NCBI GenBank assembly: GCA_965214705.1
Contig: OZ243972.1
Location: 2,144,001 to 2,208,000, forward strand
Length of the DNA stretch: 64,000 nt
Origin: Alphaproteobacteria bacterium
GTDB taxonomy: Bacteria > Pseudomonadota > Alphaproteobacteria > UBA828
Reading direction: 5' to 3'
Part shown: piece by piece, positions 28,614-40,444 of the stretch
Layout: every line of letters starts with the position of its first letter
Numbering within the stretch: the first letter of the stretch is position 1
Notes under the pieces: model-generated
What the model saw: only the letters and a program-made list of their open reading frames with translations
Databases searched by the model: none
What the model was told of the DNA's origin: nothing
Position numbers and translations under genes: made by a program

Positions 28614-31043
28614 CTAGGCGCGCAGCCGCTCGTTGGAAGGGTCCACCGGCGAGTTGGGCACGATCCGCGCCGGGCGCCGTTCCCCCAGGATCTCGACCGC
28701 GAGTCGGCGGCCGCGCACCGCGTGATCGCGAGCGACGTAGCCGAGGGCAAGGCTCAGGCCAACCGTGTGGCCGTAAGCGCCGGAGGTGGCGCGGCCGATC
28801 ATGGTCTCCCCGTCGTAGATCGGCTCGTTGCCCCAGGGGTCGGCGTCGTCGGCCTCGATCTCAAGGGTCACGAAGTCCTGCGGCACGCCCGCCTCGCGCT
28901 GGGCCACAAGCGCGTCGCGGCCTGTGAAGTCGCCCTTGCCGAGGGCGATGAAGCGGTCCAGGCCGGCCTCGAAGGCGGAATACTCGATGGTCAGGTCCTG
29001 CCCCCACATGCGGTAGGATTTTTCGATCCTGAGCGAATCCATCGCCCGCATCCCGCACATGCCGAGGCCGTGCGGCTCGCCCGCCTCCACCAGCACGTCG
29101 AAGATGCGGTTCTGGTACTCGATCGGGTGGTGCAGCTCCCAGCCGAGCTCGCCTACGAAGTTGACCCGCATCGCGGTCGCTGGCGCGAGACCGATGGAGA
29201 TGGGCTGCGACGTGAGCCAGGGGAAGGCCTGGTTGGAGAGGTCGGCGTCGGTCACGGCTTGCAGGATGTCGCGCGAGCGCGGGCCCGCCAGCACGAGCAC
29301 GCCGTGGGCGGTGGTGATGTTCTCGATGCTCACGCCCTCGCCCGCCACGTGGCGCAGCAGGAAATCGTGGTCGTAGCGCTCGGCGGCGCCCGAGCTCACC
29401 AGGTAGAACGACTCAGCCCCCTCGCGCATCACCGTGAACTCGGAGCGCACGCCGCCGGTCACGGTGAGCGCATGGGCGAGCTTGAGGCGGCCCTTCGCCT
29501 GGGGCAGCCGGTTGGCGAGCACGCCGTCCAGCGCGGCTTCCGCCCCCGGCCCCGACACCCTGAACTTGGAGAAGCTGGTGATGTCGATCAGGCCCGCGCG
29601 CTCGCGCACCGCGCGGCACTCCGCGCCCACGGGCCCGAAATAGTTGGTGCGGCGGAAGCTCCAGTCGTCTTCGGCCTCCACACCCTCCGGCGCGAACCAG
29701 TTGGGCCGCTCCCAGCCGTAGCGCTGGCCCCAGACGGCGCCGTGCGCCGCGAGCCGCTCGTGACACGGACTGGTCTTGGCGGGGCGCGCCGCGGGTCGCT
29801 CCTCGTCCGGGTAGTGGATGATGAAGACGTGGGCGTAGGCCTCCTCGTTCTTGGCCCTGGTGTAGTGCTTGTTGGCGTAGGCGCCGAAGCGGCGGGGGTC
29901 GACCGCCAGCATGTCGATGGAGGGCTCGCCGTCCGCGATCCAGCCCGCGAGCTGCCAGCCGGCGCCGCCTGCGGCGGTGATGCCGAAGCTGAAGCCCTCC
30001 GCCAGCCAGAAGTTCGGCAGGCCGTAGGCCGGGCCGATGAGGGGGTTGCCGTCGGGCGTGTAGGGAATGGGGCCGTTGACGCAGTCCTTGATCCCGGCGC
30101 GGCCGAACATCGGCACCCGGTTGATCGCGGCCTCGATGTGGGGCTCTAGGCGGTCCACGTCCGGCGGCAGCAGCTCCTGCCCGAAGCCCTCGGGCACGCC
30201 GTCCACCGCCCAGGCCGGCGCGTCCTTCTCATAAGGGCCGAGGATGAGGCCCTGGCGTTCCTCCCGCATGTAGTAGGAGGCATCGCTCTCCCGCAGCACC
30301 GGCATCTCGGGGAGGTCCTGCGCCTTGCGCTCTTCCAGCTCCGGGATGGTGTCGGTCACGATGTACTGGTGCTCGACCGGGATCGTCGGCAGATCGAGGC
30401 CCACCATGGCGCCCACCTGCCGGGCCCAGGAGCCGGTGGCGGTCACCACCGTCTCGCAGGTGATATCGCCGCGCGTGGTCTTCACCAGCCACTCGCCGGC
30501 GCGGGTGCGCTCGATCCCCGTGACCTCGGTGTTACGGTTGATCTCCGCGCCCCGGTCGCGCGCGCCCTTGGCCAACGCTTGGGTCACGTCCACCGGCGCG
30601 ACATGGCCGTCGTGGGGGTGGAACAGCGCGCCTACCAGGCCTTCCAGGTTGCAGAGTGGCCAGAGGTCACCGATCTCGCTCGGGCCGATCAGCTCGAACG
30701 GGACGCCGATGGTGTTCGCGGTGCCGCAGTAGTTGCGGTACTCGTCCATCCGCTCATGGTTGGTGGCGAGCCTCAAGTTGCCGGTGCGATGGAAGCTCAC
30801 CGCCTGGCCGGTCTCCTCCTCAAGCTGCTGGTAGAGGTCGATCGAGTACTTGTGGAGCTGGCCGACGCTGTAGCTCATGTTGAAGAGCGGCAGCAGGCCG
30901 GCGGCGTGCCAAGTGGAGCCTGCGGTGAGCTCGGTCTTTTCGACCAGCACCACGTCGGACCAGCCGAGCTTCGCCAGATGGTAGAGCACGCTGCAGCCGA
31001 CGATGCCGCCGCCGATCACCACCACCCGCGCCTGATCCCTCAT
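28614..31043 (-). CDS. GcvT-family FAD oxidoreductase (dimethylglycine/sarcosine dehydrogenase-like)
   Basis: VIGGGIVG, GSTWHAAG, YTPDGNP, FVGELGWELH, SLRIEKSY. Confidence 0.9.
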   Translation of the reverse strand: MRDQARVVVIGGGIVGCSVLYHLAKLGWSDVVLVEKTELTAGSTWHAAGLLPLFNMSYSVGQLHKYSIDLYQQLEEETGQAVSFHRTGNLRLATNHERMDEYRNYCGTANTIGVPFELIGPSEIGDLWPLCNLEGLVGALFHPHDGHVAPVDVTQALAKGARDRGAEINRNTEVTGIERTRAGEWLVKTTRGDITCETVVTATGSWARQVGAMVGLDLPTIPVEHQYIVTDTIPELEERKAQDLPEMPVLRESDASYYMREERQGLILGPYEKDAPAWAVDGVPEGFGQELLPPDVDRLEPHIEAAINRVPMFGRAGIKDCVNGPIPYTPDGNPLIGPAYGLPNFWLAEGFSFGITAAGGAGWQLAGWIADGEPSIDMLAVDPRRFGAYANKHYTRAKNEEAYAHVFIIHYPDEERPAARPAKTSPCHERLAAHGAVWGQRYGWERPNWFAPEGVEAEDDWSFRRTNYFGPVGAECRAVRERAGLIDITSFSKFRVSGPGAEAALDGVLANRLPQAKGRLKLAHALTVTGGVRSEFTVMREGAESFYLVSSGAAERYDHDFLLRHVAGEGVSIENITTAHGVLVLAGPRSRDILQAVTDADLSNQAFPWLTSQPISIGLAPATAMRVNFVGELGWELHHPIEYQNRIFDVLVEAGEPHGLGMCGMRAMDSLRIEKSYRMWGQDLTIEYSAFEAGLDRFIALGKGDFTGRDALVAQREAGVPQDFVTLEIEADDADPWGNEPIYDGETMIGRATSGAYGHTVGLSLALGYVARDHAVRGRRLAVEILGERRPARIVPNSPVDPSNERLRA

Positions 31044-31219
31044 GGTCCGGCCCCTCTTCGCGCCGTATGCCCGCCTCTTGGGCGCGCGAACCCTATCATG
31101 CAGATGCGGCTTTCGGCAGGGCGGCGTGCAAAGGCAACTCGCTGCGCCTATCCTTCGGCCCCCAGCGATGGCTGGGTGTTGCGGCGCCCGTGCCCGCGAC
31201 CGGAACGGAGAGACGCGCC

Positions 31220-31741
31220 ATGGCGATGACATCGGACAGCGGGCGGGGGATGACCGTCGAGGAGCGCGACGCGTTCCTGACCTCGGGCGCCATCTTCGCG
31301 AAGATCGCCACCACGATGGCCGACGGCTGGCCGGTGGTGAGCCCGGTCTGGTTCGACTGGCTGGCGCAGGACAACGCATTCCTCGTGATCAGCAAGACGC
31401 GCACCAGCATGGTGCAGAACCTGCACCGCGACCCGCGCTGCGGTCTTCTGGTCGACAATCCCGGCCTGCCCTACATGCGCGTAAGCGTGCTCGGCGAGGC
31501 GGAGTTCCTGTCGGAGGAGTTCGACTGGATCACGCCGGCCCGCAAGATGGCAGAGCGATATCTCGGCGCGCCGGGCGTGGCCTATGCGGAGACGACGTTC
31601 GGATTCCCCAGAGAGCCCTTTCTTGTCCACGTGCGAAAGATGACCACCTGGAACGGCGGCGGCTTCGACCGCACCTTCTTCAGGCCCACCACCTGGCATG
31701 ACGTGTCCGAACCGGGTTCGCCAAGGAGTTCTCAGACATGA
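31220..31741 (+). CDS. pyridoxamine 5'-phosphate oxidase-like split-barrel (PPOX/F420-class) protein
   Basis: ERDAFL...IATTMADGWPVVSPVW, NLHRDPRC, VSVLGEAE. Confidence 0.75.
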   Translation: MAMTSDSGRGMTVEERDAFLTSGAIFAKIATTMADGWPVVSPVWFDWLAQDNAFLVISKTRTSMVQNLHRDPRCGLLVDNPGLPYMRVSVLGEAEFLSEEFDWITPARKMAERYLGAPGVAYAETTFGFPREPFLVHVRKMTTWNGGGFDRTFFRPTTWHDVSEPGSPRSSQT

Positions 31742-32646
31742 CCGGCATGAACGATCGCGATTTCGTCGGCTATGGCCGCGAGCGCCCGCGCCCACCCTGG
31801 AGTGACCGGAGCCCCCTCGCGCTGAGCCTCGTCCTCAACTACGAGGAGGGTGCGGAACGGTCGATCCAGAACGGCGATGCCACCTCCGAGAGCTACATCC
31901 ACGAAATTTGCGGCATCGAGGCGCGCGAGGGCCGGCGGGACCACAACACCGAGAGCCTGTATGACTACGGCGCGCGTGCCGGTGTCTGGCGCATCTTGCG
32001 GCTGTTCGAGGAGCTGGGCGTGACGGCGACCATTTTCGGCGTCGGCCAGGCGCTCGCGCTGAATCCGGATGTCGGCCGCTACTGCGCCGGGCAGGGCTAC
32101 GAGGTCGCGAGCCACAACTGGCGCTGGTTCGACTATGCCAACGTGCCGGAAGAGGTCGAGCGCGAGCACATCCTGAAGTCGAAGGAGACGATTCGCGAGC
32201 AGACGGGCGAGGCGCCGGTCGGCTTCTACTGCGGCCGGGTGAGCGCCAACTCGCGCCGGCTCGCAATCGAATGCGGCGGTTTGCTCTACGATTCGGACGC
32301 CTACGACGACGACATTCCCTACTGGCTCGAACTTGAAGACGGTAGCCGCCACCTCGTCATTCCCTACGCGCTCGACAGCAACGACATGAAATTCAGTACG
32401 CCGAACGGCTTCGCTTCGCCGGTGGCGTTTGCCGAATACCTCTGCGGGGCCTTCGACGAGCTTTACCGTGAGGGCGTCAACGGGCACCCCGCGATGCTTT
32501 CCGTGGGCCTGCATTGCCGCGTGATCGGGAGGCCGGCACGCCTCGCGGCGCTCCGGCGCTTCCTGGAGCACGTGCTGAGTCACGACGACGTGTGGATCTG
32601 CCGACGCGCGGATGTCGCGCGCGCATATCACGGCATCGAAGGGTAG
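31738..32646 (+). CDS. PuuE-type allantoinase / polysaccharide deacetylase family
   Basis: RDFVGYG, LNYEEGAE, YGARAGVWR, SVGLHCRVIGRPAR. Confidence 0.85.
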   Translation: MTGMNDRDFVGYGRERPRPPWSDRSPLALSLVLNYEEGAERSIQNGDATSESYIHEICGIEAREGRRDHNTESLYDYGARAGVWRILRLFEELGVTATIFGVGQALALNPDVGRYCAGQGYEVASHNWRWFDYANVPEEVEREHILKSKETIREQTGEAPVGFYCGRVSANSRRLAIECGGLLYDSDAYDDDIPYWLELEDGSRHLVIPYALDSNDMKFSTPNGFASPVAFAEYLCGAFDELYREGVNGHPAMLSVGLHCRVIGRPARLAALRRFLEHVLSHDDVWICRRADVARAYHGIEG

Positions 32647-32655
32647 GGTGGCGGC

Positions 32656-33456
32656 ATGACAGGACGTCTCGATGGCAAGGTCGCGCTGATCACGGGCGCA
32701 GGCTCGGTCGGCCCCGGCTGGGGCAACGGCCGCGCCACCGCCGTGCTGTTCGCCCGCGAAGGCGCGCGCGTCGTCGCGGTCGACCGCAACACGGCCGCTG
32801 CCGAGGCAACGCGGCAGATGATCGAAAGCGAGGGCAACGCCTGCGCCGTGGAGACCGCCGACGTGACCGACAGCGCCCAGATCGAGCGGGTAATGTCCAC
32901 GGTTTGCGAGCATTGGGGCGGGTTGCATGTGCTGGTCAACAACGTGGGGGGCTCGGTGCCCGGCGGGCCGGTCGAACTCAGCGAGGAGGACTGGGCCGGG
33001 CAATTAGAATTCAACCTCACCAGCGCCTTCCTCACCACCCGCTGCGCGCTCCCCATCATGGAGGCGCAGGGCGCGGGCGCCATCGTCAACATCTCTTCGG
33101 TCGCGGGGCTTCGCTTCGTCGGCAACCACCACGCGGCCTATGCGGCGGCGAAGGCGGGGCTGGTCCAGTTCACCAAGGCGGTGGCCGTGCAGTACGCGGC
33201 GCGCGGCGTGCGCTGCAACTCGATCTCGGTCGGGCTGATGCACACCCCGCTGGTGGAGGCGCGCCTCGCCGCGCAGTACGGCGGCGGCGACCTCGAGGCC
33301 CTGGTCGAGAAGCGCCACGCCCAGGTGCCCATGGGGCGCATGGGCTCAGGCTGGGACGTGGCCCACGCGGCGCTCTTCCTGGCCTCGGACGAGGCAGCTT
33401 ACGTGACCGCGGCCGACCTGGTCGTGGACGGCGGCCTCACCGCAAAATGCGACTGA
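32656..33456 (+). CDS. SDR oxidoreductase
   Basis: TGAGSVGPGWGNG, YAAAK. Confidence 0.9.
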   Translation: MTGRLDGKVALITGAGSVGPGWGNGRATAVLFAREGARVVAVDRNTAAAEATRQMIESEGNACAVETADVTDSAQIERVMSTVCEHWGGLHVLVNNVGGSVPGGPVELSEEDWAGQLEFNLTSAFLTTRCALPIMEAQGAGAIVNISSVAGLRFVGNHHAAYAAAKAGLVQFTKAVAVQYAARGVRCNSISVGLMHTPLVEARLAAQYGGGDLEALVEKRHAQVPMGRMGSGWDVAHAALFLASDEAAYVTAADLVVDGGLTAKCD

Positions 33457-33493
33457 CGGCGTCGCTGCGCCGGCCGGGCCGGCGGCTACGCCA

Positions 33494-34258
33494 ATGATCG
33501 AGAGCATCGCACGACGCGATCGGCTGGTTGTGCTGGCCGGCCTCGCGGTAGCCGCCGTGCTCGCCTGGCTCTACCTCATCGACATGGCCCTCGATATGGG
33601 CGGCGACATGGCGCACGCGGACGGCGCCATGATGCAGATGCAGGCCTGGAGCGTCGCCGACGGCCTGCTGATGTGGGCCATGTGGGCCGTGATGATGGTG
33701 GCCATGATGGTGCCGAGCGCGGCACCGATGATCCTGATCTTCGCTCGTGTGGACCGATCGCAAAGTAGTGGCCGCCCCTTCACCTCGACAACGCTCTTCG
33801 CGCTCGGCTACGTGCTGGTCTGGGCGGCGTTCAGTGTTGCCGCGACGACGATGCAGTGGGGGCTGCAGAACGCGGCGCTGCTTTCGCCGATGATGGTCGC
33901 CACCAGCACGATTCTCGGCGGCGTGCTGTTCATCACCGCCGGCGTCTATCAGTGGACGCCGCTCAAGCATGCCTGCCTCAAGCATTGCCGCTCGCCCATG
34001 GCCTTCATCATGGGGCACTGGCGGCCGGGCCGGTCGGGCGCCTTCCGTATGGGGCTCGGCCACGGCGCCTTCTGCCTCGGCTGCTGCGGCTTCGTGATGG
34101 GGCTGCTCTTCGTCGGTGGCGTGATGAACCTTGCCTGGGTGGCGGCGATCACCGTCTTCGTCGTTGCCGAGAAGCTCATGCCCAAGGGCGAATGGGTGGC
34201 GCGCGCGGGCGGCGTCGCGATGGTCGCCGCCGGTATCTACCTCCTCGTCTCGCCCTGA
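33494..34258 (+). CDS. DUF2182 predicted metal-binding membrane protein
   Basis: MWAVMMVAMMVPS, YQWTPLKHACLKHCRSP, CLGCC. Confidence 0.9.
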   Translation: MIESIARRDRLVVLAGLAVAAVLAWLYLIDMALDMGGDMAHADGAMMQMQAWSVADGLLMWAMWAVMMVAMMVPSAAPMILIFARVDRSQSSGRPFTSTTLFALGYVLVWAAFSVAATTMQWGLQNAALLSPMMVATSTILGGVLFITAGVYQWTPLKHACLKHCRSPMAFIMGHWRPGRSGAFRMGLGHGAFCLGCCGFVMGLLFVGGVMNLAWVAAITVFVVAEKLMPKGEWVARAGGVAMVAAGIYLLVSP

Positions 34259-34264
34259 GAGCTC

Positions 34265-35053
34265 CTATCGCGCGGTCGTGCCGCCATCGATGGGGAGCAG
34301 GGTGCCGGTGACGAAGCCTGCGGCGTCGGAGGCGAGATACATCACCGCATGGGCGATATCGACTGGCTGCCCCACCTTGCCGAGAGGGATATGCTCCTTG
34401 AGCTTCTCGCGGATCTCTTCGGAGGTGACGTCGAGGTGCGCCCAGCCCAGGTCGGTCATGGGCGTGTCAATATCGCCGGGGCAGACCGCGTTGACCCGGA
34501 TGCCTGCGCGCGCGTGATCCATGGCCATGCACTTGGTCAGCATGACGATGGCGCCCTTGGTCGCGCTGTAGGCGGGCAGGCGCTCGTAGGCGATCAGCCC
34601 GCATTCGGACGACATGTTGATGATTGCGCCGCCATCGCCTTGCGCCTTCATCTGGCGGACGGCGGCCCGCGCCATGTAGAAGCTGCCGCTGATGTTGATA
34701 CCGATCAGGTGGTCCCAGTCGTCGTCGGAGGTCTCGTCAACCGGCCCATGCAGGCAGATGCCGGCGTTATTGAAGAGCACGTCGAGCCGGCCGAAGCGGT
34801 CCACCGTCTCGGCCACCAGCCGGTCGCAGTAAGCGGAGTCCGCCACATCGCCGAGGCTCAGGGCGGCGCTGCCGCCGCTGCTCACGATGCCGTCCAGCAC
34901 CGCGCCGCCGCGCGCCGCATCGCGCCCGTTGATCATGACGTTGGCGCCATGGGCGGCGAAGGCCTTGGCAGTGCCTTCGCCGATGCCGGAGCTGGCACCG
35001 GTGACCAGCACCGTCTTCCCGGCGAATGCGTCGTTGGCGAAGACTGAGCTCAT
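34265..35053 (-). CDS. SDR oxidoreductase
   Basis: TGASSGIG, NNAG, YSATK. Confidence 0.9.
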   Translation of the reverse strand: MSSVFANDAFAGKTVLVTGASSGIGEGTAKAFAAHGANVMINGRDAARGGAVLDGIVSSGGSAALSLGDVADSAYCDRLVAETVDRFGRLDVLFNNAGICLHGPVDETSDDDWDHLIGINISGSFYMARAAVRQMKAQGDGGAIINMSSECGLIAYERLPAYSATKGAIVMLTKCMAMDHARAGIRVNAVCPGDIDTPMTDLGWAHLDVTSEEIREKLKEHIPLGKVGQPVDIAHAVMYLASDAAGFVTGTLLPIDGGTTAR

Positions 35054-35094
35054 GGGAGCCTCCCTGTGGACCGGTTGCGTCGTGTGACCGTAGT

Positions 35095-36539
35095 TTAGCT
35101 TGCAAGGACCGGCGGCCGGCGGTCCTTCCAGGGCTTGGCCGCCTCCAGCTGGCCGGCGAGGCGGAAGAGCGTGCTCTCGTCGCACTCGCGGCCCACGAGC
35201 TGCACGCCGACCGGCAGGCCGTCCACCGTCGTGTGAAGCGGCAGTGACATGCCGGGCAGGCCGCTCGCATTGAAGGGCGCCGTGAACACGGCATCCGGCC
35301 CCATCAGCTCGGCGTTGTAGCGGTCGATATCGCCCATGGTCATCGGGTAGTGGCCGTGAGGGCGGGCGGGATGGCCGATCACGGGCATGAGGTGGACGTC
35401 GCAGTCCGCGAGGCTCACGATCAGCTCGCGGCTGATCTGGCGCAGCTCATCCACGTCGCGGTAGTGCTGCGGTCCGTCGATGGCCTTGCCCTTCTGGATG
35501 ATTCCCCAGATCAGCGGCGCGACATCGTCTTCGGTCACCGGGCGGCCGATGAGCGCTTCGGAATCCTCGAAGCCCGATGCAGTCTGGGCGGCGGTCATCC
35601 GCGTATAGGCGCCCCAGAACCGCTCCCAGTCCAGGGCGAGTTCCCGCTCCTCCACCCGGTGGCCAAGGCTCTCGCAGAGCGCCGCGGCATCGCGCACGGC
35701 CTGCACCACCTCCTCGTGGATGGGGTTGCCGGCCGGCGACGCCGTGGTCACGCCGATGCGGAGTGTGCCGGGGTCGCGCCCGACCTCGTCCAGGTAGGGG
35801 GTCTCCGGCATCTCCGTGTAGTAGACGTCGCCCGTCACCCGCCCGCCGACGGCATCCAGATAGGCGGCGCTCTCGCGCACCGTGTGGGTCACGGTGAGGA
35901 AGGTGGCACCGCCGTACCAGTAGTCGGGGTAGGGATCGAGGGTCACCCGGCCGCGCGAGGGCTTGAGTCCCACCAGCCCGCAGTGAGAGGCCGGCACCCG
36001 CGTCGAGCCGGCGCCGTCGCTCGCATCGACGAAGGGCACCATGCGAGACGCCAGCGCGGCCGCCGCGCCCCCGCTGGAGCCCCCCGGAGTCCGCTCCTGG
36101 TTCCAGGGGTTGTTGGTGCGGCCGAAGAGCGCGGCCTCGTCGCGAGGCACCAGCCGAACTCTGGCGCGTTGCTGCGGCCGAGCAGCACGAAGCCCGCGTC
36201 CTTGATCCGCCGCGTGTAGGTCATGTCGGCGGGGCAGACGAAGTCCTTAAAGTAGGGGCAGCTGTTGACCAGCGGAATGCCCTCCCAGAGCGTGCCGAGA
36301 TCCTTGAGCAGGAAGGGCACGCCCTTGAACGGGCCATCGGGCAGCGCCGGGTCGGCGGCGGCCTTGCGGCCATAGTCGAAGAGCGGGATGGAGACCGCGT
36401 TGAGCGTTGGGTTGAGCGCCTCGATGCGGCGGATCGCCGCCTCGGCGAGCTCGCCCGGCGTCACTTCGCCCGCCTTCACCAGCTGGGCGATGTCGAGCGA
36501 ATCCCGCTCCTCGAACAGGGCTCCGATATCGGCGCTCAT
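35095..36539 (-). pseudogene. amidase (AS family), frameshifted near 36139
   Basis: GVPFLLKD...SNAPEFG in one frame; NPW...GGSSGG, SDGAGSTR in another. Confidence 0.8.
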
Positions 36540-36629
36540 GAGGCCTCCCTGGATGACTGTGCTTCTCGCCACGCGACCTCTGCGTCCGCGCGAGGCTCGA
36601 AATTGGAAGGATGTTCGAATTCATCAATG

Positions 36630-37118
36630 TTAAGATCGAGGACGAGTGCGACGTGCTGATCGGTCCGAGATTGAGATTATTTTGCCATCTTTGCCAAATC
36701 TGGGATCCTCAAGAAGTTTGAACCCCTTGACGTTGGGAGTCCAGTGCATGGGTAATCGCCATGTGTCGCCTCGAGACGATAGTTGAATTCGTTCAACAAT
36801 TGCGGGCCACCATCTGATTAACAGTGCTGCCTTAGCATAGCCTACTAGACCGTTGAATGTTGGGGTCGGAAAGAAGCCGATCAGTCCACTTTCCTTATAT
36901 GCTATCAGATTGGGCCAGTTCTTGAGAATATTGTAGTCACCGGAAACTATTGCGGTGCCGCCGTCCTCGGCAAAAGCCATCATCCAATCAGCGTCGTCCG
37001 TTCTAGGGTCGTGCACCTGTCTGACGTGCGACACCTCAAATCCTTCTCGATTCTCGGTAAGTGCTAATAAGGCTTTTGCTACGCGGGGAGATAAATTCTC
37101 GTCGAGACGGATTTTCAA
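36630..37118 (-). CDS. PIN-like toxin (VapC45-type)
   Basis: MKIRLDENL, DDADW, IVSGDYNI; lower GC. Confidence 0.75.
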   Translation of the reverse strand: MKIRLDENLSPRVAKALLALTENREGFEVSHVRQVHDPRTDDADWMMAFAEDGGTAIVSGDYNILKNWPNLIAYKESGLIGFFPTPTFNGLVGYAKAALLIRWWPAIVERIQLSSRGDTWRLPMHWTPNVKGFKLLEDPRFGKDGKIISISDRSARRTRPRS

Positions 37119-37834
37119 TGCACTATCTGCCCATCCAGCATGCGTTCGAATTGAACCGCTTGCTCCACAGCATCACTATCGACCTCGAATTCTTCAGCTG
37201 CTCGGTTGATCCCACCCTCCACGAGGTACGCGTCATACAGCCGACGTGTCGGTACTCTGATGTCCTTGATGACAGGATGGCCGAAGCAGATGGCTGGGTT
37301 CACCAACACTCTATCGGTATCCGGGTTGGGCATCCAATGGCGAGCGATATCATCTACGTAGAATATAGTATCGAACAAGGATTGTTTGATGACAGGTTCC
37401 ATCTCGAAGTTGTCGTTCATTAAATTTAGAACGCGCAACTCCTCGTCAGACCCAGCGGATTCCATAAAGATGGCCTTGCCATCAGTCCGGAATCGATTGT
37501 TCATAGCGAACGGATGGTCGACGTCATGCCGCTCGCGCAACTTGGTGGATACGCTCCGAATCGTTTGCGGGCTGAACCAAGTAGTGAAGTGCCTGATAAA
37601 CTTTGCCTCAATGAGATCAAGAAAACCGAGGACCGCATGTCCTCCAACGCGTGGTAGCTGGCGTTGAATAATTGGCACGGCTCGCGTGCCACGATTCCCC
37701 TCGATCCAAGATCGCAGCTTGGGCCTAGTGGTGCCAATCAAACGTGCGGCTTCGGGAACTGTATAGATCCCTCGACGAACGGCCAGTTGCCAATCGAATT
37801 CTTGCACATTCATATCAAGTGTAACGCTCCCCAA
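37115..37834 (-). CDS. HTH + DUF433 antitoxin (VapB45-type)
   Basis: YTVPEAARL, FLDLIE, HPFA, NPAICFGHPVI; overlaps the toxin start. Confidence 0.78.
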   Translation of the reverse strand: MGSVTLDMNVQEFDWQLAVRRGIYTVPEAARLIGTTRPKLRSWIEGNRGTRAVPIIQRQLPRVGGHAVLGFLDLIEAKFIRHFTTWFSPQTIRSVSTKLRERHDVDHPFAMNNRFRTDGKAIFMESAGSDEELRVLNLMNDNFEMEPVIKQSLFDTIFYVDDIARHWMPNPDTDRVLVNPAICFGHPVIKDIRVPTRRLYDAYLVEGGINRAAEEFEVDSDAVEQAVQFERMLDGQIVH

Positions 37835-37949
37835 TTGGTTAGCCGTCTTCCAACGGTAGCATTTTGGACCCCCGTCTTGCGAGCCTCACCTTGGACATCT
37901 ATCGCAGCCTTGAGGGCGTGTCCAAGGATGACAGCGGCCGCTGCAAACG

Positions 37950-37977
37950 AAAAGGGGCGGGCCCGCGGGCCCGCCCC
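37950..37977 (-). terminator. intrinsic terminator after groEL
   Basis: ggggcgggcc/ggcccgcccc hairpin followed by TTTT on the minus strand. Confidence 0.8.
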
Positions 37978-38001
37978 GTAACGAGAGCCTGAAAGGCTGG
38001 G

Positions 38002-39675
<1,674 letters not shown>

Positions 39676-39990
39676 CTACGCGGCCTTCTTCGACTTCTTG
39701 CCGGTCTCGACGATGGCCATGATGTCGGACTCCTTCATGAACAGGAGCTCGTCACCGTCGAGGGTCACTTCGTTGCCGGACCACTTGCCGAACAGCACGC
39801 GGTCGCCCGGCTTCACGTCCAGCGGATGCAGCGTCCCGTCATCGCCTCGGGTGCCAGGGCCCACGGCCACGATCTCGCCTTCCTGCGGCTTCTCCTGGGC
39901 CGTATCGGGAATGATGATGCCGCCGGCGGTCTTGGTGTCCTCGCCAATCCGGCGAACCACGACCCTGTCGTGCAGCGGTCGAAACTTCAT
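39676..39990 (-). CDS. groES: co-chaperonin GroES
   Basis: [19 protein letters not shown]. Confidence 0.98.
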   Translation of the reverse strand: MKFRPLHDRVVVRRIGEDTKTAGGIIIPDTAQEKPQEGEIVAVGPGTRGDDGTLHPLDVKPGDRVLFGKWSGNEVTLDGDELLFMKESDIMAIVETGKKSKKAA

Positions 39991-40033
39991 TGGTTCCTCC
40001 ACGTTCGTCTGTAAGATCGTCTGATAGCAGGTG

Positions 40034-40060
40034 TTAGCACTCGCTAGAAGCGAGTGCTAA
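40034..40060. promoter_or_regulatory. CIRCE element (HrcA operator)
   Basis: Exact TTAGCACTC-N9-GAGTGCTAA upstream of groES. Confidence 0.97.
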
Positions 40061-40122
40061 CACCTCTCGCGCGGCGAATCAAGCACCTGTTTGCAATCGG
40101 GTTCGCCCGCATGTCGCGCCGC

Positions 40123-40373
40123 GCCGCCTGCCCGAGACAGGTGAAGAATCCCGGCAAGTTCCGAAAGTAAGGTTTTAAGGCGGCCTATTCCGGCCTAATC
40201 CGGCCCAAAGTGGCCCAAGGTAGCCCAAGATGGTCCGGGGCGAGCGGCCCAAGGTGGCCCACTGCGGACCGGAGCGGTGCATCCCAGCCCGCATTTCTCA
40301 ACAGGGTCATGGACGGGGCGACACATCCGCCGAGTCTGCCTTTCCCCGTCCGCCGCGTACACCGCACTATGGT
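40123..40373 (-). repeat. dispersed repeat copy 3 (empty allele, no DUF3486 gene)
   Basis: Reverse complement aligns to the left arm of copy 1 joined directly to its right arm, including the tandem array and gccgggattcttcacctgtctcggg. Confidence 0.88.
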
Positions 40374-40444
40374 CCGGTGCCCTGGGCTTGCGCCGGCGGG
40401 CCGGCCGGCGTCACGATGCGGCCGCCACAAGGGATGAGGGAGCC

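Noticed and set aside
25062-30149. 1695-aa plus-strand ORF
   Set aside because: Antisense shadow of several well-supported minus-strand genes; typical high-GC artefact with no motifs
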